Assembly (NCBI GenBank): GCA_963833095.1
Contig: CAWHWQ010000001.1
Coordinates: 704,001-768,000, forward strand
Direction: 5' to 3'
From: Vulcanimicrobiota bacterium
GTDB lineage: Bacteria > Vulcanimicrobiota > Vulcanimicrobiia > Vulcanimicrobiales > Vulcanimicrobiaceae
DNA: 64,000 bases
Below, piece after piece: positions 39,799-49,540 of the stretch (its first letter is position 1; each line of letters starts with the position of its first letter). Both the position numbers and the translations under genes were made by a program. The notes beneath the pieces are model-generated. The model searched no databases. It was not told the origin of the DNA and saw only the letters and a list, made by a program, of their open reading frames with translations.

Positions 39799-40010
39799 TT
39801 CGTCACCGCCTTGATTTCCTCGAGGCGCGCATGCATCGCGCCGAGCAGCGCTTCATCGAAAATTGCCGCCTGCGCGGTCTGCGCCATCGCCGCGTCGGCG
39901 GTTCGCCCACCCTCCCCGGCGTTCGCGCGGGCGATAACGTTTTGCGCTTGCTGTAATCGGACTGCAGCGGATGCGAGTCCGCCGCGCAGGGATTCGGCTA
40001 CGTCGAACAT
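39795..40010 (-). CDS. flgB: Very small FlgB-like protein
   Basis: 71 aa, QQAQNVIARAN helix, ending LEEIKAVTK; first gene of the flgB-flgC-fliE order. Confidence 0.55.
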   Translation of the reverse strand: MFDVAESLRGGLASAAVRLQQAQNVIARANAGEGGRTADAAMAQTAQAAIFDEALLGAMHARLEEIKAVTK

Positions 40011-40065
40011 GTCACGAGGGTAGGGATGGGGGATGGCCGGGGCGCATCTGCGATGTTACGAAGAT

Positions 40066-40659
40066 ATGAACAAAGGGCGATTCGAATCGTTTACCGACGG
40101 AGTGTTCGCGTTCGCGATCACGCTGTTGATCTTGGGAATCGCGCTCCCGGTGATGCACGATCCGAGCGAACGCGAACTGCGTCACGCGATCCTCTCCCTG
40201 TGGCCGAACTTCATCGCCTTTGCATTGAGCTTCGCTGTGATCGGGATCATGTGGCAGAACCACCATGCTCTCTTCCGCTTCGTCGCGCATATCGATCGTA
40301 AGACCGTTGCGTTCAACTTGCTCCTGCTCTTCGGCACCGTGGTCATTCCTTTTGCCACCTCGGCGATGGGCGCGTATCCGACCATGCATGCGTCGACGCT
40401 GCTCTACGGTATCGTGCTCACGTGGTGCTCAACGTCCTACAACCTGCTGCTAAGCCACCTCATTGAGAGCGGGGCGTTCGAAGCATCAGTCACGCGAGAG
40501 CAGATCGCGCGTTCAGTCGTTGCCTATCGCGTAGGCTGGTTTACCTACGTTGCCGCGACCTTACTCGCGCTCGTGGTGCCGTTGCTTAGCTTTGCCGCGT
40601 ACGTCGGCGTGACGTTCTACTACTACGTTCCCCACGGCGTTGACGCTGACGTCCAATGA
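40066..40659 (+). CDS. TMEM175/DUF1211 family potassium channel
   Basis: RFESFTDGVFAFAITLL, W.NHH; start ATG 40066. Confidence 0.9.
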   Translation: MNKGRFESFTDGVFAFAITLLILGIALPVMHDPSERELRHAILSLWPNFIAFALSFAVIGIMWQNHHALFRFVAHIDRKTVAFNLLLLFGTVVIPFATSAMGAYPTMHASTLLYGIVLTWCSTSYNLLLSHLIESGAFEASVTREQIARSVVAYRVGWFTYVAATLLALVVPLLSFAAYVGVTFYYYVPHGVDADVQ

Positions 40660-40871
40660 CGATTTTCGCCTATGGGTTCGGTATGGCCATCTCAATCGCG
40701 CTTGCAACGGCGATCGGCAATGCCTGGGTGCGCGAACACCGCAACGGTGTCTGGACGCTGACGATGGCTGGAACGGTCGCAACCGTCGCGGTCCTTTTCG
40801 GCGTCGCCGTGGGATGGGGCTTAGCGCAATACTTCGCGTTTATTGCCGAATCCGCGACAGGTCGCATGTAG
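40656..40871 (+). CDS. Small hypothetical membrane protein
   Basis: ATGA overlap with upstream gene; two hydrophobic segments. Confidence 0.5.
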   Translation: MTIFAYGFGMAISIALATAIGNAWVREHRNGVWTLTMAGTVATVAVLFGVAVGWGLAQYFAFIAESATGRM

Positions 40872-40873
40872 GA

Positions 40874-43800
40874 TCAATGCGCCGGAGCGAGTTCCGGCGC
40901 GGCCGATTGTTCGTCGAGGTGCTCACCGTGTCGAAATACTTCGTCCGACGGCGCGACCCACATGTACACGTTCGGGATCAGGAGTAGCGTGAGCACAAGC
41001 GAGCTAAGCACACCGCCAATGACCACGATGCCGAGGCTCGAACGCGAGATCGAGCCTGGGTCGAGCGCGAGCGCGAGCGGCAGGTTTCCCGCGACAACCG
41101 AAAAGCTGGTCATGACAATCGGGCGGAACCGGGTGTGTGCGCTCTCCAAGATCGCGTCGAGTTTGTTTGTTCCACGCGTTCGAAGTGTGTTGGCATAGTC
41201 CACAATCAGGATCCCGTTCTTCGTCGCAATCCCTATTAAGAGAATCGTCCCAATCAGCGAAAAAAGGTTGAGCGTTCGATGCGTCAGCACGAGTGCCCCG
41301 ACGGCGCCGATTGCGGCCACGGGCACGGAGAAGATGATGATGAACGGGGAGAGGTAGCTGTTGTAGAGCGCCACCATCAGCAAGTAAACAAGAATGACCG
41401 AGATGATCATCGAGGTTCCGATGCCGACCAGCGCCTGATGCATGAAGTCCTGTTGGCCAAGCGGCGCGGGGCGCACGACAATGCTCGGGGGCAGGTGAAG
41501 CGACGGAATCTTTTTCATGAGCGCATTTTCGACACTCGACAACGACGAGTCGGGTGCAACGTTCGAGTCGACGTGAATGACGGTATTTCGGTCGGTGCGC
41601 GTCATCAGCGGCGGGGTTGGTGTGGATTCAAAGGTCGCGATATCGCCGAGATAGACAATCGAGCCATTCGAGGCGCGAATCGGCACGTTGCGCAGCAAAT
41701 CGAGATTGGTCTGGTCCTGGGGCGGATAGATGACCTGCACTTGTTCGAGGCCCGACGTCGTTTCGAATTGCGTCGCGACGTTGCCGCCGAACGCTGCGCC
41801 TGCGGCTTGCGCCGCCTGACCCACGTCGACACCTAATGCCTGGGCCTTCGCGCGATTGAAGATGATCGAAATCTCGGGCGTAAGCGCCGCGCCGCTGCTG
41901 TTGACGCTGGTCGCGCCTTTGACGCTCTTGAGTGCGTCGAGCACTTTCTGCGCGTAGGGCGTCGGATCGCCGCCGGTCACGTCAGTGACGAGAAAGTCCA
42001 CCGGCTGCGCATTGCCGCCGCCCGTACCCGTCGAGGGCACGACCACCACGGAGACGTTCGAAGGGAACGAACCTTTCGCAAGTTTTTGGAACTCGGACAC
42101 CCAGTACGAGGTCGGGTGCTTACGGTTGTCTTTGAGCCAGACGTGCACCTGACCGGCGTTCTGCTGCGAAACAAATCCGCCGAAGGACGCCGCGTACGCG
42201 CCGGCGACCGCCGTGTTCGCGAAGATGTCGGAGAACCCGAGAATTTTTTTCTCGAAAGCGAAGATGCCGGTCTCGACCGTAGTCAGCGGCGTTCCGATCG
42301 GGTAGGCAACTTGAATGAAAATCTCGCCCCGGTCGGTCGCCGGAATGAACTCCTCACCGACGACGCCGAGCGGGATCATGGCAATCGCGAGCACGAAGGT
42401 CGCAAGACAGAAGATGGCTACGAGTTTGCCGTGGTTCAGGCCCCACGGCAGCGCGCGCTTCGTGTACCACGAGCGCAGCGCGTCGAAGCGCTCGCCGAAC
42501 CAGTCCACCGCTTTCCACGCCTTCCAGTGCGACTTGAGCGCCCACAGTCCGGCTAGGGTCGGCGTGATTGTGAATGAGACGAAGAGCGACGTCAAGGTCG
42601 AGATCACAACGACGATCGCAAATTCCGACAGTTGGCGCCCGACTTGCCCTTGAATGAAGGCGATCGGGAAAAATACGACCACGTCGACCAGGGTGATGAC
42701 GATTGCCGCGGCTCCGATCTCTTCGCGACCACTGACCGCCGCGTCTTCGGCCTTCTGCTTGAGCTCGGTGAAGTGACGCTCGATATTCTCGAGCACGACC
42801 GTCGAATCGTCGACGAGAATGCCGATCACGAGCGACATGCCCAGCAACGAGTCGGTGTCGAGCGTAAGACCCATCAGCTTCATCACGGTCATCGCGATTG
42901 CGAGCGACGTCGGAATCGACACGCAGACGACGATGGCGCTACGCCACGAGCGCAAGAAGAACACCATCGCTAGACCGGTAAGTAACACGGCTTCAGCAAG
43001 GGTGCGGACCACGATGTCGATCTGCTGTTCCGTGAACTCGGACTGCACGTGGATGACGCGAAATGAGATCTCCGGGAACTGCCGTTCGACCTTGGGCAGT
43101 GCGGCGATCACGGCGTTAGAAGCGTCAACCTCACTTGCTTGCGAGGTCTTTTGCATCTGTAAGAAGAGGCCGGGCTTCCCGCTGATGTGCGCGACCTGGA
43201 GCCGCGGTTCATAGCCCGATGTGACCGTCGCGACGTCGCCGATGCGCACAACGGAATTGCTGGCCGTCCAGGGATTGACTTGGCCAGGCAAACTCGAAAC
43301 GCCGCCGCTGATGTTTTCGACCTGTCCCGGCAGCTGGTTGGTTTGCGAGGACGCGCCCGAGACGATGATCGGGAGATTGCGCACATTATCGAGCGTGGTT
43401 ATATCGCCGCGGACGTCGATGGTGGTCTGGCGGTTCGCCTCGTAGGCAAACCCGCCCGGAACGCGCGCATTGTCCGTTGAGACCGTATTGATGACGTCGT
43501 TCAGCGTCAAATTCGCAGCCGCCAACTTTACTGGGTCGACCTGAATTTCGTATGCCGGCGTGACGAGGCCGCCGACGTTGGCGAACGAAATGCCCGGGAC
43601 TTGCTCGAGTTGCGGCGCGATGACGTTCTGCGCGTAGAGCGCCAATTCGTTGATCGGCAGCTTCTGCGAGTACAACGCGAGCACGACGACCGTCGACTCG
43701 GTCGGATCGTAGAGATTGACCGTCGGCGGCGTTATGTTGGTGGGAAGGAATTTCTCCGAAGCCTGAACGGCCTTGTTCGTAAGCGCAAGATCGGTCGCTG

Positions 43801-44107
43801 TGTCGGACTTGATGTCGAATACCGCGCTGATCGAAGCGGAGCCCTGCTGCACGACCGAGTTGATCGTTTGCAGATCCTGCGTGCCGGCGAGATTCTGCTC
43901 GATCGGCTGCACGATCTCGTCGCGCATCTCCGTTACCGACGCACCGTTGTACTGTACCGAAACGGTGACGGTCGGCTGGCTGACGTCGGGGTAAAGCTCC
44001 TTGACAATGGTGATTGTGCTCATAATGCCCGCAAACGCCATGAGCGCGATGATGACGAAAACGAGCGTCGGCCGTTTGATGAAAAGCCGCGTTAAGCTAA
44101 ATTTCAC
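40874..44107 (-). CDS. RND efflux transporter (AcrB/AcrD/AcrF family)
   Basis: 1077 aa; GILVDDSTVVLENI, KNGILIVD, RFRPIVMTS. Confidence 0.96.
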   Translation of the reverse strand: MKFSLTRLFIKRPTLVFVIIALMAFAGIMSTITIVKELYPDVSQPTVTVSVQYNGASVTEMRDEIVQPIEQNLAGTQDLQTINSVVQQGSASISAVFDIKSDTATDLALTNKAVQASEKFLPTNITPPTVNLYDPTESTVVVLALYSQKLPINELALYAQNVIAPQLEQVPGISFANVGGLVTPAYEIQVDPVKLAAANLTLNDVINTVSTDNARVPGGFAYEANRQTTIDVRGDITTLDNVRNLPIIVSGASSQTNQLPGQVENISGGVSSLPGQVNPWTASNSVVRIGDVATVTSGYEPRLQVAHISGKPGLFLQMQKTSQASEVDASNAVIAALPKVERQFPEISFRVIHVQSEFTEQQIDIVVRTLAEAVLLTGLAMVFFLRSWRSAIVVCVSIPTSLAIAMTVMKLMGLTLDTDSLLGMSLVIGILVDDSTVVLENIERHFTELKQKAEDAAVSGREEIGAAAIVITLVDVVVFFPIAFIQGQVGRQLSEFAIVVVISTLTSLFVSFTITPTLAGLWALKSHWKAWKAVDWFGERFDALRSWYTKRALPWGLNHGKLVAIFCLATFVLAIAMIPLGVVGEEFIPATDRGEIFIQVAYPIGTPLTTVETGIFAFEKKILGFSDIFANTAVAGAYAASFGGFVSQQNAGQVHVWLKDNRKHPTSYWVSEFQKLAKGSFPSNVSVVVVPSTGTGGGNAQPVDFLVTDVTGGDPTPYAQKVLDALKSVKGATSVNSSGAALTPEISIIFNRAKAQALGVDVGQAAQAAGAAFGGNVATQFETTSGLEQVQVIYPPQDQTNLDLLRNVPIRASNGSIVYLGDIATFESTPTPPLMTRTDRNTVIHVDSNVAPDSSLSSVENALMKKIPSLHLPPSIVVRPAPLGQQDFMHQALVGIGTSMIISVILVYLLMVALYNSYLSPFIIIFSVPVAAIGAVGALVLTHRTLNLFSLIGTILLIGIATKNGILIVDYANTLRTRGTNKLDAILESAHTRFRPIVMTSFSVVAGNLPLALALDPGSISRSSLGIVVIGGVLSSLVLTLLLIPNVYMWVAPSDEVFRHGEHLDEQSAAPELAPAH

Positions 44108-45318
44108 GGCTTGTATGAAACCTTCTCGCCGTCGCCGACGCTGGCTTGGCCGTTGCTAATGACGCGCGTTCCCGCATTGATTCCGGTCACCACACTGCGG
44201 GTCCCGTCGCTCGCAACTTCGGTTACGCTCACGGTTTTCGCGGTGTTGTCCGTTTGTACGATTTGCACGGCGTCGTGGTTATCATCGGTGAATGCCGTCG
44301 TCGGCACCAGTACGCCGCGCGCAGCCGGTAATGCAACGCTGCCGCTGACGGCCATGCCCGGCCGCAAGACCTCGCCCGGATTCGCCAAGAGCACCTTCAC
44401 CTGGAACTGCGTCGAACCGGGTTGAATCTCGTTGAGCACGCCGATTACCGAGCCGCTGAATTTCTGTTTGCCCGATGCGCCGTCGGTCTGAATGGTCGCG
44501 ATCGTTCCACTGCGAATGCCGGCAACTTGATCCGTCGAGCCGCGCAAAATCGCATAGATCGGCGAGACCTGCTGCAGGGTAAAGATCTGACGCGTGCCCG
44601 GATACTCGCCGGGATTGAGGTTGCGATTGACGACGACGCCGTTGATCGGTGAAACGATCGTCGCTTTCGAAATCGACACGCGAATTTGCTCCGCCTGCGC
44701 GAGCGCGACCGCCTCCTGTGCCTTAGCCTGCGCAACCGACGATTGTTGCAGACCCGGCGCGTTGATATTCGAGCCATTTGCTTGCACGGTTGCTTGTGCG
44801 CTTTGAAGCGTCGCTTGGTCGTTCCGCACGAGGGCGCGGTCGGCTTCAACCTGTTGCTCGGAGACGTATCCTTGGCGCAGGAGCTGCTCGTCTCGATTAT
44901 CGACTCTCTGATCGCGCGCGAGGTTAGCGGCGGCTGAATTCAAGCCTTGACTGCCCTGCGTGATCAACTCGTTGCCGGAGTAGACCGTGTGCGCCGTGTT
45001 GGCTGCGTCGCTCTGCGCGGTTGCAATGTCAGACTGCAGTTGGGCTTGCAGATCGGCCGTATCGAGCTGCGCGAGCACCTCACCCTCGGTGACGTGGTCG
45101 CCCTCCTGGACGTTGACCGAATCGGCCGGCTCGCTCAAGCTGGACTGAATGGCGACGTTTTCGTACGGCGCAATAAGCCCCGACATCGCCGACGAGGGGA
45201 CGAGCGTTCCGGTTTGGGCGATTGCGGTGTCGACGTACGGGGCACTCGCTTGAGCCGCATGCTTGGGGCCGCAAGCGCTGAGCACGGTGACCAGTGCGAG
45301 AAAAACCAGGCGCTTCAC
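44104..45318 (-). CDS. RND membrane fusion (adaptor) lipoprotein
   Basis: Lipobox LSAC; VQEGDHV..LAQLD; IVSPINGVV; LRPGM. Confidence 0.93.
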   Translation of the reverse strand: MKRLVFLALVTVLSACGPKHAAQASAPYVDTAIAQTGTLVPSSAMSGLIAPYENVAIQSSLSEPADSVNVQEGDHVTEGEVLAQLDTADLQAQLQSDIATAQSDAANTAHTVYSGNELITQGSQGLNSAAANLARDQRVDNRDEQLLRQGYVSEQQVEADRALVRNDQATLQSAQATVQANGSNINAPGLQQSSVAQAKAQEAVALAQAEQIRVSISKATIVSPINGVVVNRNLNPGEYPGTRQIFTLQQVSPIYAILRGSTDQVAGIRSGTIATIQTDGASGKQKFSGSVIGVLNEIQPGSTQFQVKVLLANPGEVLRPGMAVSGSVALPAARGVLVPTTAFTDDNHDAVQIVQTDNTAKTVSVTEVASDGTRSVVTGINAGTRVISNGQASVGDGEKVSYKP

Positions 45319-45326
45319 GTTACCGG

Positions 45327-46307
45327 CTACCTCTGGCTATCCGCCGGCATGGGAAGACCCGCCCGGTCGCGCGCGATCCCCAAATAGAGTCGCGTGACTT
45401 CATTGTAATTCTGCACTCCAGATGCGACGTGATTGGTTTTGAGATACGTGTTATAGGTTCGCCATGAAAACGTGGCGAGAGAAATATTGATGTGGCTCCG
45501 GTTGCGCTCGCGGATCCTCTCGAAATCCTGCCATACCTGCGGGACGAACGTCGCCTTGGAATAACGCGCTTGCGGGGGCAGGTAAAGGAAGAGCTCGAGC
45601 CAGCCCGAGTACTGGACCACCGGACTATTAGAGCGAGTGCAGCTGACAATTGCCAGAAAATTGGCTTCATCTTCCCTGGCATACCCAGCCACATGGCTCC
45701 ACTCGTGGGCCAAGTCGAACGGGCGCTCAAACCACAGCAGGTCGCTGGCTAGATGGACATCGAGCGCCAGCGGGTTGATGTAGCCGCTCGTTCCGGTGGC
45801 CGCCATGAACGGGTCCGCGAGGGTCGGCTTAGGAGCGCCGGTGAGCGGCGTCCACCGGTCGCCCCCGGCTTGCACGACCGGGAGCCAGTTAGCGTAGAGG
45901 CCCGGCAAATCGAACGGGGTCGTGGCTTTCGCGTGGGCCAGCGGTGCCAGACGATTCATCTGCGCAATCGCTCGGGCGCGCAGCGCGTCAACCGCGCGCG
46001 GCGTGATGCGCGATTGGTCGTATGCGGTGCGCGCTTCGATCGGTGCACGATCGTAGTTCCAACCCCAACCGGCTTCGAACCAGACGGCGTAGAAAGCAAC
46101 GACGGCGAGCGCACCGAGCCAATCGCGCCGCACAAGCCGCCACGCGATGAGGCCCGCTCCCGCGAGCACCACGATGTCGCCGAGCGACCACGGTAAGGCC
46201 GAACTGATGGGAAAGAGCAGGTGCTCCCAATACGGATAGGCACCGTTGACGTAGACGTGCTCGACCCACAACGAAGAAGGCCGCCAGAGTAATGCTGCGA
46301 CGCCCAA
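45327..46307 (-). CDS. DUF3810-like membrane protein with HExxH motif
   Basis: LPWSLGD, WGWNYDR, GYINP, AHEWSHVAGYAREDEANF; start uncertain. Confidence 0.8.
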   Translation of the reverse strand: MGVAALLWRPSSLWVEHVYVNGAYPYWEHLLFPISSALPWSLGDIVVLAGAGLIAWRLVRRDWLGALAVVAFYAVWFEAGWGWNYDRAPIEARTAYDQSRITPRAVDALRARAIAQMNRLAPLAHAKATTPFDLPGLYANWLPVVQAGGDRWTPLTGAPKPTLADPFMAATGTSGYINPLALDVHLASDLLWFERPFDLAHEWSHVAGYAREDEANFLAIVSCTRSNSPVVQYSGWLELFLYLPPQARYSKATFVPQVWQDFERIRERNRSHINISLATFSWRTYNTYLKTNHVASGVQNYNEVTRLYLGIARDRAGLPMPADSQR

Positions 46308-46370
46308 GGCAATAGCTACGAGGGCGGATAGGCCGAAGCCGAACGTGACGGATTCGCGGAGCGGAATCGT

Positions 46371-46763
46371 CTATCGTTTGCTAAACTGGAAGCGCTTGCG
46401 TGCGCGCTTGCGGCCGTACTTCTTCGATTCCTTTTCACGCGGATCGCGCGTGAGGAAACCGTTCTTGCGTAACACGTCGCGGAAAGACGGGTCCATCTCG
46501 AGGAGCGCGCGCGCGATACCGTGGCGCACCGCACCGGCTTGTCCGGTCACGCCGCCGCCTTGCGCTTTGACGATGACGTCAAAGCGGCCGCCGCTCTGCG
46601 TCGCCTCGAACGGCTGACGCACGATCTGCTGCAACTGCGGGCGCGGGAAATATTCCTCGATCGGCTTCTTATTAACCGTGATGACGCCCTGACCCAGCAC
46701 GAGCTTTACACGCGCGATGGCGCGTTTGCGACGACCGGTGGCCTGAATTTGGGTGCTATCCAC
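46371..46763 (-). CDS. rpsI: 30S ribosomal protein S9
   Basis: [31 protein letters not shown]. Confidence 0.98.
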   Translation of the reverse strand: MDSTQIQATGRRKRAIARVKLVLGQGVITVNKKPIEEYFPRPQLQQIVRQPFEATQSGGRFDVIVKAQGGGVTGQAGAVRHGIARALLEMDPSFRDVLRKNGFLTRDPREKESKKYGRKRARKRFQFSKR

Positions 46764-46771
46764 GTATGCTC

Positions 46772-47197
46772 CTAAAACAGCGGCTGCGGCTTTTGCGGCT
46801 CGTGCGGATGTTCCGCACCAGCGTAAACTTTGAGGCGGCGCAATTGCACGTCGCGCATCTTATTGGTCGGAAGCATGCCGCGCACGGCCTCTTCGATCAA
46901 ACGCTCGGGATGCTTGGCGTGCACGTCGCGAGCAGTCTGCTCTTTGAGTCCACCGGGGAAACCGCTGTGACGGCGATAGATCTTCGCGTCCCACTTCTTG
47001 CCGCTGAGTTCAATCTTCTCGGCATTGATCACGACCACGTGATCGCCGTTGTCGATGTGGGGTGTCCACGTCGGCTTGTGTTTTCCGGAGAGCGCGCGCG
47101 CAATACGCACGGCGAGCGTGCCCAGGCGCTGCCCGGCCGCGTTGACGATGTACCAGTCGGCTTTCGTCTCTGCCGTCTTTTGCAAAGTGGTTCGCAT
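46772..47197 (-). CDS. rplM: 50S ribosomal protein L13
   Basis: [35 protein letters not shown]; start ATG 47197. Confidence 0.98.
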   Translation of the reverse strand: MRTTLQKTAETKADWYIVNAAGQRLGTLAVRIARALSGKHKPTWTPHIDNGDHVVVINAEKIELSGKKWDAKIYRRHSGFPGGLKEQTARDVHAKHPERLIEEAVRGMLPTNKMRDVQLRRLKVYAGAEHPHEPQKPQPLF

Positions 47198-47222
47198 AAA
47201 AATCCTCGTGATGAACTTCCGC

Positions 47223-47251
47223 ATCTTAACTGCCTGCCGCCGTGCCGTCAA
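47223..47251 (-). promoter_or_regulatory. Sigma70-type promoter for rplM-rpsI
   Basis: TTGACG-N17-TAAGAT. Confidence 0.75.
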
Positions 47252-47272
47252 GCGATTTTCGCCGATACTTTT

Positions 47273-47305
47273 TACTTGAGCATTACTTGACTACTCAAGT
47301 ATACT
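47273..47305 (+). promoter_or_regulatory. marR promoter and palindromic operator
   Basis: TTGAGC-N18-TATACT; perfect TACTTGA-N4-TCAAGTA at 47284-47301; extra half-site at 47273-47279. Confidence 0.7.
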
Positions 47306-47311
47306 GAACGC

Positions 47312-47716
47312 ATGCCAACCGACTCCGTCGAGACCCTGCTCGCCCTTGCCGCCGCCTACGCCCGGGCTGTCCGGGTGCTGGAGGTCCGCGGCCTGAGCTT
47401 CGCCGAGCTGCGCTTGCTCGTGCCGCTGCTCGCCGCCGACGGCGGACGCCGGCCCACCGAACTCGCCCATGAGCTGCACCTGACGGCCTCGGGGGTGACC
47501 CGCGCCTTGCTGCCGCTGGAGCGGCGCGGGATCGTGGAGCGGCACAGGGACCTAAGCGACGCCCGGGCCTCGCTTGCGCTACTGACCCCAGCCGGCCGGA
47601 CGCTGGTTGAGGAGGCGCTCGAAGACGCCGGAGAACGCGCGAGCCGGCTGCTGCGCCGGCTCAACGTCGGTCAATCAAAACAACTCCAACGTCTGCTCGA
47701 CGAGGTCGGGCGTTAA
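47312..47716 (+). CDS. MarR family transcriptional regulator
   Basis: GLSFAELRLL..ELAHELHLTASGVTRAL..LERRGIVER..DARASLALLTPAG. Confidence 0.92.
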   Translation: MPTDSVETLLALAAAYARAVRVLEVRGLSFAELRLLVPLLAADGGRRPTELAHELHLTASGVTRALLPLERRGIVERHRDLSDARASLALLTPAGRTLVEEALEDAGERASRLLRRLNVGQSKQLQRLLDEVGR

Positions 47717-47728
47717 CGCGCAAAATCA

Positions 47729-48062
47729 TTAGCCCTTCTCGATTGAGAAACGAATCGCACTTGCAGCGGGTGCCGGGTTTTGGACCAGAAGGTCGTCCAC
47801 CCAATACCGATCGACCCAAGAGATGATGCCGGCGGGGGCAAACGCAAGGCATCATGTGCACTGTCGCGCCATCTTCGTCGTCGTAAAAGACCGTCAAAGT
47901 GTCCGGCAACCCCTCAATCAGCACAGCGTCTTTAAGCTCAGAGAAGGTCGCGTGCTCTTGAGACTCGCTGAGCACGCTGACCCTTCGCAGTTGATCTCCG
48001 AGCCTTTCACGGTCAGACTCTCGGACATAATGCGAAAACCGCAGGTACGCCGAGATTTCCAC
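47729..48062 (-). pseudogene. Frameshifted paralog of the 49184 immunity-like gene
   Basis: Aligns along its length to 49184-49515; extra G at 47848-47849 shifts the frame; corrected end DRYWVDDLLVQNPAPAASAIRFSIEKG*. Confidence 0.8.
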
Positions 48063-48065
48063 GCC

Positions 48066-48392
48066 TTAGTTGCCCTTCTCAGCCATGCCGGACGGTGGAA
48101 ACCGCAACGGCGCGCCCGGCGGGGGCGGCCATAAGGCAATCACCTCCATGTCAAAGCGAAATCGTTCCGCCCAAGACAAAAGACCGCCAACGAAATGAAC
48201 CAGGACGTTGACGTCGGTCCCGTCTGCGTCCGCATAGTTGGCATCGATGATGTCTACGGAAATGCGCAAGCCATCTGGATAAGGCCACGCAAACCTAAAC
48301 GTATCATGTTCACTGTCCAGAACGGCCAGCTCGGCCTGCGCGAGCTGCGATTCGAAATCGGCGCGATCACCCGGCGGCAGCGCAATCGCCAA
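48066..48392 (-). CDS. Small acidic immunity-like protein (DUF6984-like), divergent paralog
   Basis: DRADFESQL..YADADGTDVNVLV..GLLSWAERFRFD parallels DRERFGDQL..YDDEDGGTVHMML..GIISWIDRYRVD; frame open upstream to about 48470, true start unclear. Confidence 0.6.
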   Translation of the reverse strand: MAIALPPGDRADFESQLAQAELAVLDSEHDTFRFAWPYPDGLRISVDIIDANYADADGTDVNVLVHFVGGLLSWAERFRFDMEVIALWPPPPGAPLRFPPSGMAEKGN

Positions 48393-48432
48393 TCGCTGGT
48401 AGAATGCGCGTACGGCGGCATCGTATGACGCT

Positions 48433-48998
48433 CTACGTGGGGCAGTTGGGGAAAAGCGGCAAGTACGCTGTGCCGACTAAATACAGGTCCACATTAGCTA
48501 TCCCCAGCAGATACTCGCCGAAGTTCCTACCACCGGATCACCGGCCTGCTCGCAGTGGTAAATGTTGAAATTGTTGGTAATGGCTTGGTCAACTTGCGCA
48601 TTCGTAGAGCCGGTAAGGTAACACGCCAAATGTGTGGGCCAGAAATGACTGTCGTTAAACTTAAGGAACGCGTAGCTCCCGAAGACGGACCAGCTGCCCC
48701 AATTCGGATACAAAGCGATGTTTGTGCCAATGTCTTCGCAGCCATCTGAAAAGTAGAGGTAACCGGCGCCGCACGAGCCTTGCGTTCCGTATGGGGTATG
48801 CGGAGTCGACGATCCGCCCCCGCTGCAAATCCATCCGCCTCTTCCGTTTCCGACGCAGAGAGACTCGGGGTGCACGCGGGGATCCTTGATCCCGGTTCGG
48901 TAGTCGTTGACGATTGGAGAGGTTCCCTGTCCGTTGCACGACACCAAAACAGCCGCGACCACAAGAGAGATCAGGATTCGAGTAGCCGTCTTTTTCAT
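48433..48998 (-). CDS. Cys/Gly-rich lipoprotein copy 2, putative polymorphic toxin (0-frame stop 48498; homologous tail in -1 frame to 48433)
   Basis: Lipobox LVSC; N-terminus nearly identical to copy 1; -1 frame ends LVGTAYLPLFPNCPT*. Confidence 0.65.
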
Positions 48999-49081
48999 CT
49001 CGCACACACCACGACGCCCGAGAGGCGCCCCCCGTACAATAAGACTAACATCCCCATTTTCAACAAACAATACGGCGCTTC

Positions 49082-49135
49082 GATCAATTCAGACGAAAGA
49101 CAAATAAGGAATCGCCGATCGCCGTCCCAAGCTGT
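49082..49135 (-). repeat. Duplicated 3' end of the PQQ gene
   Basis: Matches 50229-50282; encodes QLGTAIGDSLFVFRLN* versus QLGTPVGDSLFVFRLN*. Confidence 0.9.
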
Positions 49136-49183
49136 AAACAGCTCCAGCGTTTACTCGACGAAGTCGGGCGTTAGCGCTCGCGA

Positions 49184-49540
49184 TCATTCGCCCTTGATGA
49201 TCGAGAAACGAATCGCACTTGCTGGAGGCGACGAGTTTTTGACACGGCGGTCGTCAACCCGATAGCGATCGATCCAAGAGATGATGCCGGCAGGAGCAAA
49301 CGCAAGCATCATGTGCACTGTACCGCCATCTTCGTCGTCGTAGAAGGCCGTCAAGGTCTCCGGTAGCCCCGCAATCGGCGCAACGTCTTTAAGCTCGGCG
49401 AAACTCGTGTGCTCTGGAGCCTCATTGAGCACCCTGACCCTGCGCAACTGATCCCCGAATCTTTCACGATCAGGCTCTGGGACGTAATGCGAAAATTGCA
49501 GGTACGCCGAGACCTCCTGTTCGGTCAGTAGCCGGGACAG
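49184..49540 (-). CDS. Small acidic immunity-like protein (DUF6984-like)
   Basis: RLLTEQE..DQLRRVRV..YDDEDG.TVHMML..GIISWIDRYRVD; conserved with the 47729 copy; no canonical start near the junction (CTG 49540/49528). Confidence 0.65.
   Translation of the reverse strand: MSRLLTEQEVSAYLQFSHYVPEPDRERFGDQLRRVRVLNEAPEHTSFAELKDVAPIAGLPETLTAFYDDEDGGTVHMMLAFAPAGIISWIDRYRVDDRRVKNSSPPASAIRFSIIKGE

Noticed and set aside
23588..40010. Calling the cluster a canonical injectisome or a pseudogenised flagellum
   Set aside because: Components are flagellar-type (FlgB/C, FliE, FliM/N) with no secretin or needle, and the frames are intact with coupled junctions
47661..48062. 133-aa ORF overlapping the marR 3' end
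   Set aside because: Its C-terminal half is out-of-frame read-through caused by a 1-nt insertion; the homologous stop is at 47729
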